A stretch of 64,000 nt of DNA, from assembly GCA_965649765.1 (NCBI GenBank), contig OZ287748.1:34782001-34846000 (forward strand), written 5' to 3'. Positions 25,401-40,044 of this stretch are shown in pieces. A program made the translations under genes and the position numbers. The notes under the pieces are model-generated. The model worked only from the letters and a program-made list of their open reading frames with translations. It was not told the DNA's origin and searched no databases. The DNA is from Bispira polyomma. Lineage: Eukaryota. The stretch's first letter is position 1. The number at the start of each line of letters is the position of its first letter.

Positions 25401-28400
25401 AAACCGCTTACCTTGAATCTGACTATTCCATTTTTTTGATAATTTCCTCATTTTTGGCAAGTTTGATTGTTTCTTTATGTCTGTTTTTAAATTGGAGTTG
25501 TAGGTTATACTTATCCTCCTGTACTTCAGAAGTATCTATGATTACCTTTTCTGCTTTATTAACCCTGTTGGTGTGTGAAGTGTTATACTCTACACTCTTA
25601 ATAGAAGTTATTTCGCTGTGTGTAAGAAGGGGGTCAAACCGTTTTGAAAAATTATGCTATTGTTAGGCTTAATTGGATGTCAACACCTAGCCGATCTATT
25701 TGCACCCACCTTCCTGACACCTTTCAGTCTATCAGCCTGGTATGAATTGGTTTGTTTACATTCATTCTTAACTTCACAATGAACCTTGATTTTTGTACAT
25801 TTTTCATTCAACACAATTCTAGGATGACAACTGGGGATCTTGTGGTTATTTTTAGAAACCTTTTTTTATCATTTTCTGTATGTTAGCCTGTCTTATGAAT
25901 TTGATCCAGTATGACATCCAGTTGTCACTGATGTTATTATCACCAGGTCCTCCGTGTATGTGAGCCATCTGTTCTGCTGCCTGCCAAATGCCTCTATTTC
26001 CTGCTGCCTGCCAAACGCCTGAGTCTGTCCGCCCACTTGTGGCTGTACCTGTGTGCTACTAACTGACTGTTCTATACTTGTAGGCACACTTCCCACCACT
26101 CTCTGTACAGGGGAATTAAGACACGGTCCATCAGTTTCTACCTATTTCTTAACTTGAGTTTTTTTAGTATTTGAAAATCAACCTCCACAGCTGATATAGC
26201 GGTATCACCATTATTGTCCTCAGTGTCACTTTCTACATCTTGCCATGGGTATTGTGAATTTATAGGCTTTGTGTGTTTGATACTACACACCGAGCAGTTA
26301 AACAGTTTACGAGGTGCCATCTCCTTGCACTACTACGATCAGTTATGCTAGTGTTTAACTTAATACACTGAAATAAAATACATAAAACCGTGCTTTGACA
26401 TTTGTAGATATATGGCTTTTAATATAGAAATAAATTCTAAAATGACTAGAATAAAATTATGATAGGAATACGTCCCCCAAGATTTTGCTCCCACAACCAA
26501 GCCAGAGCAATATTTGCATATATCAAAGCATAGGATTGTCCGTAACACTCCAGTAAGAACAGCCAGCTTTTGTAGATTCCTTCTGTGATTGCAGACTTGT
26601 TAGATCACACATACAAAACATAAACACACAAAAATAAGTAAATAATGATTGGAAAGTGACCCCCTTGGCAATTAGGGTCATAGCGACCAGAATAGTTTTT
26701 AAAAAGTCCCTATCTTGCACTGACCCTACTAGCCCCTTCGGCCTACCTTGCAAATCTACACACTTTTTCTCTGCGATAAATCTTGCTGCCAACTATTTTG
26801 TGACTTTTGAATCTATTTTTAGATTCTTCTTCTTGGATCTTCTCCAAAATGTAATATGTTTTCCATTTCTTCTATTTCCTCAACCCTCCAATAAATTTCA
26901 TCTAAATCGGATCAGTAGTCTTGGTGTAAAACTGGTAACAAATTAATCGATACTGGCAAAAATATAAACTCCAACAAGCTTATCAAAAAATCCACAGAAA
27001 AATAACTAAATGTGGAATAAATATTACTATTTGAGACATTGTAAAACAGACAGACAGTAGTAAAAAATCTGATGATGGTAATATGATTAAACCTATGTCT
27101 TTGATACATGTTTTGTGTAAATGATTAAAGGTTGCCTGAGAGGTGTGCCAAAGGAAGGGAGTATGCATTATGGCATGTTGGGTGTGTATAGGAACAAGGT
27201 ACTTTTCTTTATTGCCAGTATCCCTGTGAAATTGGAATTGTCCAGAGATATATAAATGAAATACATCAAAGGCTACTTGCCCCCCAGTATCGGCTGGCCT
27301 GTAAAATATATACCGAATCGTCTTTGTAACTTTTCCTTTGAAGTTTGTGGTTGTTTCTATGATGTCCACCCCAATACTTTTCAGTAAGTTATTTCAGAGA
27401 CCATCCCTAAAAAAAATAATTTAGTTAAAAATCCATCAATTACTGTCTTACAAATGCTTATTATTTTAAAATATACCAGAAATGATTTATTTTTTCTAAA
27501 TGCCTATGCTAGTACTTAGTGTAATCTACTTTTATATGGGTAATCTCAAGCCTAGGTCCCACATTCATGAATCTAAGGTAGCTAGCTGCTATTTAGGAAG
27601 CCTTTCTTGGATGAAACAGTACCAGTACAACCTTGAACATTCTTGGATATATTATTTGATTTTATGTAATTGGCAAGGGCTGCAAAAGTTTCAGAGATGT
27701 TAAACTACTGTCATGGTTTGACCACCAATATGTCCCAACTATATAGTTTATAAATAGTATACTGTGGTAGTCATGTAGCAATCATCAGGGTATTTGTAGT
27801 AATCTTAGATATTTGTGTCTTTCCATGGGGAGATCGTTGCTATTCAGGTCTTTCCATATGGAATCATCGTTTAAGAGTGTGTTTGTTTATTCTTGGTAAA
27901 TTTTTGAATATATTTGACACAATTCTCCCAAAATCGCCTTCTAATTTGCATAAAGTTGCATAAATACCATACCCGTTCTTGACTATTCTTATATCCACCT
28001 TTCGGTAACCACACCAAACTGCAGGTGTATTACAATACCAACAAATATAATTATTAAAAACCTACCCCATCGTCCGCGAATACACATGGATTAGCACACT
28101 TGCAATATTTTTAGTTTTTTAGAGTATTTTTAGAGTTTTTCGGTGAAGTTTGCTGCTTCCCTGTATGTGGAACCTTAGGTTATACTTTTTACTGTATGTT
28201 ACATGGTAGTATTGCTTTACAACTTTATTCTGCTTGATATTTTTATTTATTTATTTATTTCAGTTCGTACACATATCACACAAAGACAAATATTACACAT
28301 ATCCCAAAAGTTAATAGGAAAACAAATTGTGGGGTTAATATTTTTAATAGAAACCTCACAACATACATACATGGTTGTACATTTACATAGATACTTGATA

Positions 28401-31400
28401 CTATAGAAATTTAACAAAAAGCTCGATTCTTTATTTGTAAAACATGTATTACTCTTATTCAAATTAAATCGTCAATGTAAGGGACATTTAGCAAATCAGT
28501 AAACCCATTGCCCTCTTGATAATTGCTAAATATTACATTGATGACATTAGGTATGGATATCACAGCATACTTAGTGGAAGAAATATTCAATTTCATACTT
28601 ACAAAATTTAAATATGTAATTGAAATACAAAAATTGCTAGCTCAAATGTCAAAAGGCTAATTACTCTAGGGAAACTGCACATGTGAGGCAAAGATAAACA
28701 AGGGCCATGGCATTTTCCAGCATTTTAATGAGGCATTTTGAGTAAAGGTCATGCACAACAATTGTGCTGAATGTGTCAATAGAAAGTTATGTGTAGCAGA
28801 AGAATAATGTGTATAGAAACCTGCCATTAAAAATTGAAAAAAAAAACACACCCAAAGATGCAACTTACAAACTTTTACTTGTATAGCAAAGTACATTTGG
28901 TTTTTACATTCTATATGTGAAAAACCAAGTAATCTCACGAAAGAGAATCATTTCAATAGCAGATTGATGTTCTAATTTATTAGTCAAGGCACTTTAAGTC
29001 TTCTTCAAGTGCCTTACTATATGTAAGCTACTGTGGTAGGGTTTATACTTGTTTTGTATTCAATAATTTTACATTTATGTAGGCAGTATCTACAGTGTAC
29101 CTAGCCGCTTATGTAGCAGATTATAGTATTGTGCCTCATATGAAATTATAAATTAATGAGATTATTATATAACTAGAAGGCACTTAGTAGAATACATACC
29201 TCTGCAAAAGCGACACAGCGCTAACAAGTAAAGCAAAATAATTTTTGCACCACCCTTCCGACCGGATCCACTCCAAACATTTACTGGATTCTTCTTTCAT
29301 TCTCTTGCCCACCAAATTCAGTGGAAATCTGTTCAATAGGTTTTGTCTAATCATAAAATAGAGACGCATAATGTAGAATATTATCAAACTATAATGTGCC
29401 CATATAGATTCAATTTAAATACAGGCTATTTATCAATTTTAACACTAAATAATATGTTTGTTTGTTTTATTTATATTTTTCCTTATATCTAGATTGATAG
29501 ATTCAGAGACAATATAATTATGACCATACCACAATCTTTACTACATGTGCATTGTAGTTTTCCAAAAAACCTCCTGTTTAATTTGTTATAAAATAAATAA
29601 TGAAAATAATCTTGTTGCCCGTCTAAAATTGAGTAGTGACAAACACAAGCCAGAATATATGGCTTCCCTTGAAACATAATGTGATTCACTGTATGTCATT
29701 AGTGGTCAGTCTGAAAAAGGTTGAAGCCCTTGAGGAGATAAACTAATGGACATTTTTTTAGTCATGTTGGGGGAATGGACTAAGACTTTTTTACATTAAA
29801 ATATTTGGCAAGCTCCCGACTAAACCTACTAAAAAGACAATGCTTTTTGTTAGCTTTATTATGAGAGAGTGAAAAGGATTTTACAAAGTACAAAGAGAAT
29901 AATGAAGCTATTTATAGAAACTGTCATTTCAATTAGAATGGGCATTCTATTGTTGTTCACTTTTAGTTTATAAGTTTTGCTTCCCACGTATTGTGTTTAC
30001 ATGTCACCACATCAGTGAAAATATATTGCTAATTAGCTACACCTTTCACAAAAAGGTATATTTGTTGACTGTACAAGATACAGCTGTGGGTGAAAAAAAC
30101 ACGTATCCGCCTGGCATATGTTCTTTGTAAGTATTGTTCTCAAACAGTTTATCTATACTTATTAGACCATGGCATGATTGACTTTAGTGTTTTGTAGTAA
30201 TAGTACTTTTTTAGTTTCTTTTCAGTAAACCTTTAGTACATATAGTAATTCATATTCTCCCAAAAAAACTTCAAGGAAATATTTAGTGCACATCATTCAT
30301 TCTTTTTAGACCATTGGTTTAAATAGACCTTTCAAAGTTGAGCACAGAGACAAGGTTAAGTTTCCATATAGCTTTACTGTTAGCAGATATAGGCAAACTT
30401 TGAGTTGAGGTTGAGTCTGAGGTGAGTTTGAAAGTTTTCTGTAATGCAATGTCAGTAAACAGAAACTAAATGAAGCAGTGATGTTTTTAATGGTAAAAAA
30501 ATGACTTGATGGGAAGCTTTCTAATAAACCAGTGCTTCTTTTAACTGGGTCTGATCAATGCTGAGGTTAACTTAATTTACTTTCAGGCAGTTTTTAGTGA
30601 ACCGTATTTATCCGAATATACACCCTCAAAGCAGTGCATTGTGCAAAAGGAGGAACACATAAGGGAGGTCGAATCAGGTGGGCAATAATTAATGTTCAAT
30701 TGCATGTCAAATGAAATACAGAGCTTTCCCAGTCTAAATGTTAAATGATAAGTTCTAAAACTTAAGTTTCATTTACATAAATACGCCTTGGTATTTGGTG
30801 GTGATATATCCCATATATATTCCCATTCATTATCAAATTCTGTTTAAAATCTATGCCACACATTTTCAAAGCTGTTGTCTCTCCACATCCCTCTTACCTG
30901 GCCACCCCTCTTTCCTTTACTAACCTCAAAAGAAGAAAGAGACTGTTTCCTCTGTTAAACCCATCTAAGAGGGCTGGATCTTGAGATTTCTCTATTGCTG
31001 CCCCAATGTTTTGAAATAGTCTCCCAGTTAAGCTTAGATTACGAGACCTACTTTCTGGGTATAGGGCAAAACTTAAAACCCATATATTGAAACTTGCTTA
31101 TCCCCCATAGTTACTTACCCTGTACACACCCACAACCTTCCTTACGACTTAGCTATGTGTTTTGAACTTCACGATAGATTAATTGATTTGTTGTTGTGGT
31201 CTAATAAATTACGTAATGGTACTTAATCTCCGTACTAGTGGATTATAAGGGGCCACAACCAAAATCATTGTTTTGTAACTGTGTTATGCTAATAGTAGAA
31301 ATCTGTCTCATACAGTCTACAGACTACAGTGTCATCTAAAAATGCTACACATATTTCTAAACTTACAATTAAGGCAATCGTAAGACTGTTCGGAAAAATT

Positions 31401-32094
31401 AAGGTTAAGATTGGCTAGCCCATCTTAAGATAGGTTGCCAAATGTATCATCTTAAATTGGGCTATAGACCATCTTATGATTGGTAAAATGCTAAGTTGAG
31501 CTCAAAAATAATTACACAGAACACAAAAACAGTTCTGTCATTTAGCTTTTGGAAGCCCAGTGAATAAATGAACTTGAGTGTGGCTTTTCTGCACTACCTA
31601 ACTTCTGCAATTACAAATTCTAATTGGTACAGTAAAATGTATATAATACACCCTAAATAAAATGTCACATGTATTTGCTTAAATTATGAAGTTATGCTTA
31701 AAAAATCGCATAAATATAAAAATATATTCCTGTATAATTGTATTGCTATTACCAATACACATTCAATAGATACAGAACAAGTAGTGTTAGTAGATAACAT
31801 TATATCTCGGAATAAGTGTGCATTACATCAAATGAATGAATTTTTTTTTAACCAACATTAATTTCTTAAGTTACATTCTACATATCTAGTAAAATATATG
31901 TATCCACTTTTACACAAATCGACATGTGCTGACACTGTCATACGTCACCACATCATCATGATCCCTGTGTTTATGATGTCACCTCTCCGCTCCTCCCCTT
32001 TAAACCTTTGCCGGTAGTATAACAAGTGTTACTAATTACTTCAAATTTAATTAAAATCCATCCTGTGATCAAACCATAATACTTATTTTGCATA

Positions 32095-32550
32095 CATAAG
32101 TTTTCTTTGTAAGCACATTTTAGGAGTTTTACTGTAGTCACCACAAAGCCATAGTTGTTTGTTGATGTGACACAGATTTAAACAACTGGTCGGTAGTAAA
32201 CTCAATTTAGGCGGCCACAAAACCTCAGTGCATCTCATTTGTAGATTTCACGTTCAATGGCTTTTTATCAGGTGCAGCATGATATTGTTTTTACTCTAAA
32301 AATGACACAATCATGTTGGAAAGCACTGCCATGTTGGAAAAAAATACGTAACACCTTTATGACACTGGTTTCGAACACGTAAGTTTTATTTGTAAGCACA
32401 TTTTAGACGTTTTACTGTAGGCACCACATAGCTGTGGCTCTCTGTTGATGTGACATAGATATAAAAAGTGGTAGCAAGCAAACTCAATTTAGGCCAGGTC
32501 TTTAAACGTCAGTGCATCTCGTTAGTAGATTTCACGTTCAGTGGCTTTTG
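32095..32550. repeat. Internal tandem duplication (~283-bp period) within copy A
   Basis: taagtttt.tttgtaagcacattttag...gtcagtgcatctc/cctcagtgcatctc...tagatttcacgttca occurs twice; single copy at ~40100-40265. Confidence 0.8.
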
Positions 32551-34849
32551 TTTCTTTTATTCTCTTTTTCAGCTCCACAACAGGGTTTCTCTTTCCTCCC
32601 AATCAGCAGAGTGCTAAGATTTATCATATTCCTTTTAGTGATTCTTTAAAGTCCCATTAAAATAAAAGATGGCACAGCTATACTATCAATTACATACAAC
32701 AGAAGTCCTAAATTTCTACTTTGTTTCACTCTGTGTTGTGGGAATACCACTTAGAATGTGTTTTGACGCACTTGAAGGAGAAGGATTTGTAGCTTATGGT
32801 TGAAACTAAAACTCACAACAAACTGCCTTTAAATAAGTATTTTTATAAATCACTTCGTATCTGGTGTGATAATTTTAAGTATTTTCTTCTGAGGATACTG
32901 TTTTGGTATTGAGTTTTGTATTGGCTCACTAGAATAAATGCCCAGATAAAGTTCAAGCAATGTATTAACAAACATGGCAAGAAAACCATTCCTTGTAAAG
33001 TTCACTAGGTTTATATTTTAAAACACATCATAATTACCACCAAGCACATGGTCTGTTTTGTACCACTGCTGTAACATAACTATAGCATAAATCAATATGT
33101 AATGGTTCAGAAATGTCAAGATGTACTTTATCGTTGGGGTTATAACTTGTAGCAAGTCAGCGCCAGAGATATTTCGCTTATTTTTGTTAAAGCAGAAAAA
33201 AGCCAAGATAATCAGGCTATTTGTATACTGGGTATTGGGTTTTTGTGGGTTACAAAATCTAGGTTTTTGGATTCGTGACAAATAATGTTCATGTTTGCTT
33301 TCTTTGCAATGACTTGCTTGGCGTCTGTTGTTATTTCAACTTGTAACAATTGTGAAAGTACAAGCGTGACTGTGGGTAATTAAAGTAGGTGGTGGTGCTT
33401 AAATGCTGTTTATAAGTAAAGGAATTATTGCTAAAAAAAGGATTTTAAACCATCGTGGGTGATGTTTATTTATAAAAGCACATGCTGAATGACATATCCT
33501 AAAGAATAATGGTTAAAGTATCTTTTAAGTAACACGCATAATTTGTTTTTAAAGAGCAGGGTGATTCCTTCATATATATGACGTGTTAAGCTAAATGATG
33601 ACACAGAAGCAAAGAAGATTAATATCTTAATGAGTACCTATCTTCAATTTTACCAAATCTCCATGTAAATGAAAAACCCTAAATTATATATATGTTGATA
33701 TTACACACATTCGTGGAAATTGAACATAAAAAGTGATACATGACCAAATACCAATGTTTTATTATGTTAGCATTTAGGTGTTGTTGTGCTGGTGAAAGTT
33801 CTGTTTGTCAGTTTTGAGAGACAGACATTTTTTTTACACAGAAAATTACAGCAGAAAATTGTATTTATTGCTTTTGCAAATGGAAATGTAGCACTGAATT
33901 ATAGTTTTATCTTTAGCCTTGAGACTAACATCCTTGCTCTCTAGAGGTATACCACTTGTTATTTTACAGAACCACTAATTTTAATTACCATTTGTCAATT
34001 ATATTTAGCAAGTCCCTGCTCTCAGGCTCTGTAAAAAACACCTTGGTATTACTTAATCATAAACACCACACTGCAGCAAATGATATTACAATCCGTGATA
34101 GAAATATGTTTGCCGATCTCAAGTAAAGTCAAACACTGAACAGATGTTAGATAGATGTATTCTAGAAAAATTCTGCAACCCAAACATTCACAGGTTAACC
34201 CAAAATTATAGCTATGACGTAATATTTGCATCATATCTATCCATCATAGTATTAATAACATGAAAATTCACATTACTAAAAGTAGTTCCACATGCCTAAA
34301 GTATGCCACATATTTATTTGCTTTATAGTGAGCCTTAACCTAATAAAATGAGTGTGTTGGCAATGAATTTTCAGTAGTTCACCTCCTACAAGAATTCTAC
34401 TCTTTGTCCTATAGGGTCTACCAATATCTCCAGTTACAAATTTGTTTACAATCCAGCTACTGATAATAACACCCACATGAGGATGTGTGTGTATGTGACT
34501 AATGTGTAATGGGTTAATGATGTTGTTTACCTACCCCTAAAGTAAGTTTAAAACTTCGACTGGCGTAAACACACAGTACCTAAATACTTAAGACAAGACA
34601 AGAAAGACTTGACCAAAAATGTTGACCAAAACATTTCAGATGTTTTCTTCTGTATTACAAAGATCATAATATATGAACATCAAACTTCTTTGAAAGAAAT
34701 TAAAAGAAAATGTATTTAATCTTTGTTAGTCTATGTCAGTACATCTATTAACACCTAAGTCATTTAGGTAATTGCAGACATGACAACTGATAAATGGAAT
34801 TGGCCACACTCAAAACATGTTTTTCATGCCTTGCAGATACACCACAGAA

Positions 34850-35735
34850 TTGGAGCCCAGACTCCGTGTGGAGGATTCTGTTTACCAAACCTCCTCTGAG
34901 TTCACGCTAGGGGATTCAGAGATGAATAGCAGCCCTGGTCGGCAGAATCCTCTGCTGGGTGATTCGGTGCCCTAGGTGTTAGGCTCCCCAAACGTCAAAA
35001 CAGAATAAAAATATGAACGGAGAAAATTTATTAGAAAATCAGGTAAACTGAGGTTCTTCTTTCTGCGTGTTATAATGTGGGGTTCCTTTGTAACTGCAAA
35101 TTTAGGCCAATTTAAGCCGATACTGATTAAAGTACCAGCCAGAAGAGCTGCCAGGTTATGGTTCAATTATGGTGTGTATTGGAGTACAAGTGAAGTCAGG
35201 GTTGTAACCCCAAAAATGTTAAAAATATGTTGTGTAGAGTTGATACACTGAAAAGTATGGTAGTATAATTATTCGGGCCATTGGCCTAGATGGATCAAGT
35301 GTAGTAAAATTTTTTTAGTAACCAGTTTTTTTATGTGAAGTTACCTTTTTCATTTTATAGGCTAGTTATTATATTGATTATTATTATATGATTGTAAGAG
35401 GCTTAAATGTCTAGTCTCATTGATTTTATTAAATTTCTTTTAAAAAGAAATGATATTGTACTTTGTTGCGATTTAGTTATGTGTTTAAGCTTGATACATT
35501 TGTTGGATATTATGGTATAATGACCCTGTTGGGGTTTTAAAATTTTATATATTTTCTTTTATAAATTTTGAGCTATCTGCAAGTTTTAACATAGATGTCA
35601 CATGTATATAGAAACTAACATGTGAAATAAATGCTCAAATGAAATATTTTATTAGCTGTCTTCACATAAAATAGTCACAGTCATCATCTATACTGGCCTT
35701 CCAACATCAACTTGACCTTTCTAATATGACCTTAT
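34850..35735 (+). mobile_element. Orphan terminal module of an E1-like element (structured GC-rich block plus B-like repeat)
   Basis: 35530-35735 matches the E1 tail (actaacatgt..aataaatgctcaaa.gaaat; caacttgaccttt); 34852-34987 forms nested stems. Linkage of the two parts is inferred. Confidence 0.55.
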
Positions 35736-36399
35736 AACATGGGGACTGCAACACAGAACTTGACTGTGTAATGTGATTATCCACATTAAAAGTCTTTCTA
35801 AAGGCTAAGTTTTCTCATTTATTTTAACAACCTTTAGCTGAGGGGTTAATTCGAAAGCAATAAAGAAATAACACACTACAGGTAGTTGGTGTAATAGGTA
35901 AATAATTTGTGGGTAAGATGTTACAGGGCTTAGTTGGGGCCATGTATTCATAAATGTGTACAAACACACATTCTTTTCGAGAATTCTTTTTTAGATGAAA
36001 TTAGGAGTATACGACAATGCCTCAATATTCCCTTGAGATTAAAATAATCTAGAGATATAAAAAAATGTAATAAATCAAAAGCTATTTTAATGAAATGTAT
36101 ACCGAAGAAAACAATACTGTAGTGAAAGCATGTGTGCTTGCACATACATTTGCCCGCAGTCTCTGCAAACCTAAATATGCTTCTCTAAACACCAAATATT
36201 CTGTGTAACTCTTTGAAGTTCATGGTTTTTGCTATGATAATCAATATTTGGTTAATGTATTATATGCAGATTCCTGGTGACCTTCACCTTTTATAGCAAT
36301 GTATAAAGCCTTAGTATAACATTGTGGTATACTCCAAAGTACACAGGTCAAAGGTTCACTTTGATAAAAGTTTTGCAAATGATGCCCCTACCCTAGGCG

Positions 36400-36610
36400 A
36401 TAGTTTGACTCAACACATTAGGACAGCTCCGTCCCTGTATTCCTTCCGGCGCAGTTTAAAGACCTATCTGTTCAATGATGCATTCCCTCCATAGTCTCTT
36501 TCCCATTCTCGGTGGACGCATTGATGACGACTTCCTTCTGTCTATCACCTATGTTTTTCAACTCTGTGGTTTTTTTGCGCCTTAGAAACGAAAATAAGCG
36601 ATAAAAAAGT
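36400..36610 (+). mobile_element. L2-like LINE 3' end fragment
   Basis: Encodes HIRTAPSLYSFRRSLKTYLFNDAFPP*, followed by gcgccttagaaacg...aagcg tail. Confidence 0.7.
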
Positions 36611-36611
36611 C

Positions 36612-36678
<67 letters not shown>
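36612..36678. repeat. (TA)n microsatellite
   Basis: Direct inspection. Confidence 0.97.
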
Positions 36679-36681
<3 letters not shown>

Positions 36682-36780
36682 GCAATAGTGACTATGACAA
36701 CTTCACTTTTTTAACAACCGAAAGATCATTATAATAGTATTGATATATGAATAATTATTCTGGGGTAAAATGAGCTCTTT

Positions 36781-39700
36781 TAAGTAAGTTTTTACTTCAG
36801 AGACCATCCCTGTAAGAGAATAGCTGTACTATCATTGCAGCTGAATTTGAATATAGGAAAATTTGGTGTAGATTGACTGTAACAGAATATCCAGTGAATA
36901 GTGTGAAATATATATTTTTTTTCTCACATTTTAGTATAAAAGCTATCTGTTGCTGTCGTACACTAGCTTATGATTTTAGTAAATGAACCAGAGATACCCA
37001 TGCTAGTGTAATCTACATTTATTTGTGTAATCTCAAACCTAGGTCCCACATTCATGACTCACAGATACAGTTAGCTGCTATACTTAAATAATGCTATACC
37101 TTGGCCATTCCTGGCTAAAACTGGGTCCCAACAAGAGTATATTGTGGCCATCATTCAGCAGTCATCAGGGCATTTGTAGTAATCTTTGATATTTGTGTCA
37201 TTGTTATTTTGGTCTTTCTGTACAGAATCATCACTAACTGTGTGTTTGTTTATTCTTGGTTAATTCTTGAATCTTGTTTGACACAGTTTTTTCCAAATCG
37301 CTTTTTAATTTGTATAAATGGCATTCTCGAAAAACCAAGAAATAATTCTTTTGCAAACCTACCCCTTCCATTCTTTTACAAATACACACGCATTAGCACA
37401 CTTGCAACATGTGTCCTGATTTCAACTGATGCTTAATACTTTCCTGTATGTAAAACAGTAGTATTGCTTTACTACTTTACCCTATATAATGTGTGACTCA
37501 AATACAACAATTGCTTAAATATTAAAGGACAATTACTTAAGTGAAACTGCACATATATGGCAAATATAGACAAGGGTCATGACATTGTAATGAGGCATTT
37601 TGAATAAAGGTTTTACACAGCAATTGTGTTGAATGTGTTAATAGAAATTTGTTTAGCACCTGAATATTGTGTATAGAAAAATGGCATTAAAAATTAAAAA
37701 AAGAAAGATGCAATTTACAAATTTTTATTTGTATAGCAAAATACATTTGGTATTTACATTTTACATGTGAAGAACCAATCAATCTCACGGAAGAGATGTT
37801 TTTCAATGGCAGAATTATGTTCTAATTCATTAGTCAAGGCACTTCAAGCCTTGCTTAGTGCTATACTATATAAAGCTACTGTGGCAAGCCTTTTACTTGT
37901 GTTCATTAAATATAATTACAGTTATGTTAGCAGTATTTACAGTCTACCCAGCCATTTATATAACACATTATAGTACTGTGCTTCATATGACACTAGCCAT
38001 AAGGTTAATATGTGACGAAAAGTCACTCAATTGACTACATACCTTTGCCAAGACGGCACAAAAACTAAACCAATAAATCCTTTTAATTTATTTCTTATAA
38101 GAGAAAATATATCAAGTATAAATACATGAATGTTTTTTTTTTTTTCAAGTACAAAGAGAATAATGCAGCTATTAAGAGGAAGTGCAATGTAAATCAGAAT
38201 GGATATTATATTGTAACACTTTTAGATTATAATTTTCACCATCCACATATTGCCTTAACATGTCATCACACCAGGGAGGCTATGTTGCTAACTAATCACC
38301 CCTTTTGCAATACGATATATTTGTTGACTGTCTAAGATACAGCTGTGGCTAAACATATGTGTCAACCTGACATACATGCAAGTATTGTTCTCAAACAATT
38401 TATCTATTAAACCATAGCATCATCAAATTTAGCTTTTTGTAGTAATACAATTTTTTCCTAGCTTCTATCCAGTAAACCTTTATTACATGGCTACATACTC
38501 AATAATCTTACAAAAAACTATATTCTATCAGCATTGTAGACATCTGTAATTCTTTTTAGACCATTGGTTTAAATAGACCTTTCAAAGTTAAACAGAGAGA
38601 TAAGGTTAAATTTTCATATAGCTTTACTGTTAGCGGATGTATGCAAACATAATTTGAGATTGAGTCTGGGGTGAGTTTGAATGTTTTCTAAGATGCAGTG
38701 TCAGAAAACAGAAACCCGTAAATGAATGAAGCAGAGAAATTGTGAACGGTAGAACAATACTTAATGGGAAGCTTTCCAATGAACCAGTGTTTTTTTTTTT
38801 TTTTGTTTTTTTTTTGCTTCTTTACCAGGGCCTGACTTAAGGTTAACTTAAGTGACTTACAGGCAGTTTTTGGTGTGACATATTTATCCAAATATACACC
38901 CTCAAAGCAATCTATTGCTCAAAAGGAGGAACAAATATTGGAGGTCGATTTAGGTCGGCAATAATTAATGTTTAATTGCATCTCAAATGAAATATACTGT
39001 AACATCACCTACGCTATCTAAATACTCGTATTAAAGGATAAGTGCCATAACTCAGGTTTTGTTTGTATATATATATATTCCCATTCATTATTGAATTCTG
39101 TTAAAACACATGTCACACATTTTATAAGCTCTTGTCTCTCAACAGTCTCCCCTACCTTCCCACTCGTTTTTTTTTAGACTGCCAAACGTAGGTTCTTAAA
39201 TTGGACTATAGCCTATTTTAGATTGGCTAAATCGTAAGTTGAGCTCCAACATAAACACACAGACGACGAAAAGAGGTCTGTGATAATGGTATTTAGCTTT
39301 TGGAAGCCTAGTAAATGAAATTTTGTCATTTTTATAATACGTATGAACTTGAGTATGGCTTTCATGCACAACCTGATTTTTGCAATCACAAATTGGTACA
39401 GGAAAATGTACATAATACACCGTAAATAAAATGTCAGGTGTATTTGTTCAAATATATGTCAGTATGCAATAAATTATAATTTTCTGAATATGAACACATA
39501 ACTCGTTTTTATCAGACTAAAAAATATCAAAAGCCAGTGGAATTGTAATAAGGTTGTCTATATTTCTAGATTTATTGAAGCCAATCAATATGTTCTATCA
39601 ATTTACAGTTTAGCATCATGTATATACGTACTAAATTTAACTTTCAATTGATTTAGAATTTCTGAAAAGCCATATAATGAAGTTGTGCTTGTAAAATCAA

Positions 39701-40013
39701 ATAAACATATATACATGTACACAATATATTGCTATATTATTATATTGCTATTGTCAAGAGGCATACAGAGCAAATATTAATATAATTAACAAAATTAATA
39801 ATAGGAAAAAGTGTTTAATGGGTGTTGGGCGTTGTAGGGCAGCATTCTTTGGTATTGATGGAAGCCTTAGGCTCTGAACAAAAAAAAATAATTTATTCAA
39901 CATTTATATCTATAAAAATATATGCATTTACAAGAATCTTCATCTTTGACATCTGCGGACACTATCATAAGTCACCACACTATTATTATGCCTGTGTTTA
40001 TGACATCACCCCT

Positions 40014-40044
<31 letters not shown>

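Larger units (their letters stand above)
22692..26800 (-). mobile_element. E3: decayed YR retrotransposon on the minus strand
   Basis: gag start MAPRKLFNCSVCSIKHTKP (26320); RT 24752-25273 (HISPIMAREKP..IIDLS..SVN, LPFGYRHGS); RNase H 24034-24553 (VHCDNQ, IADLLS); YR 23159-23518 (FHDFRRSGAT). Boundaries approximate. Confidence 0.9.
27380..36030. repeat. Old tandem segmental duplication, copy A (non-coding)
   Basis: Colinear with 36781-42845: ttcagagaccatccct, cctaggtcccacattcatga, ttagtcaaggcactt, ttctttttagaccattggtttaaatagacctttcaaagtt, gtagcttatggttgaaactaaaa, gtcctatagggtctaccaatatctccagtta, ttacagggctt. Confidence 0.9.
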
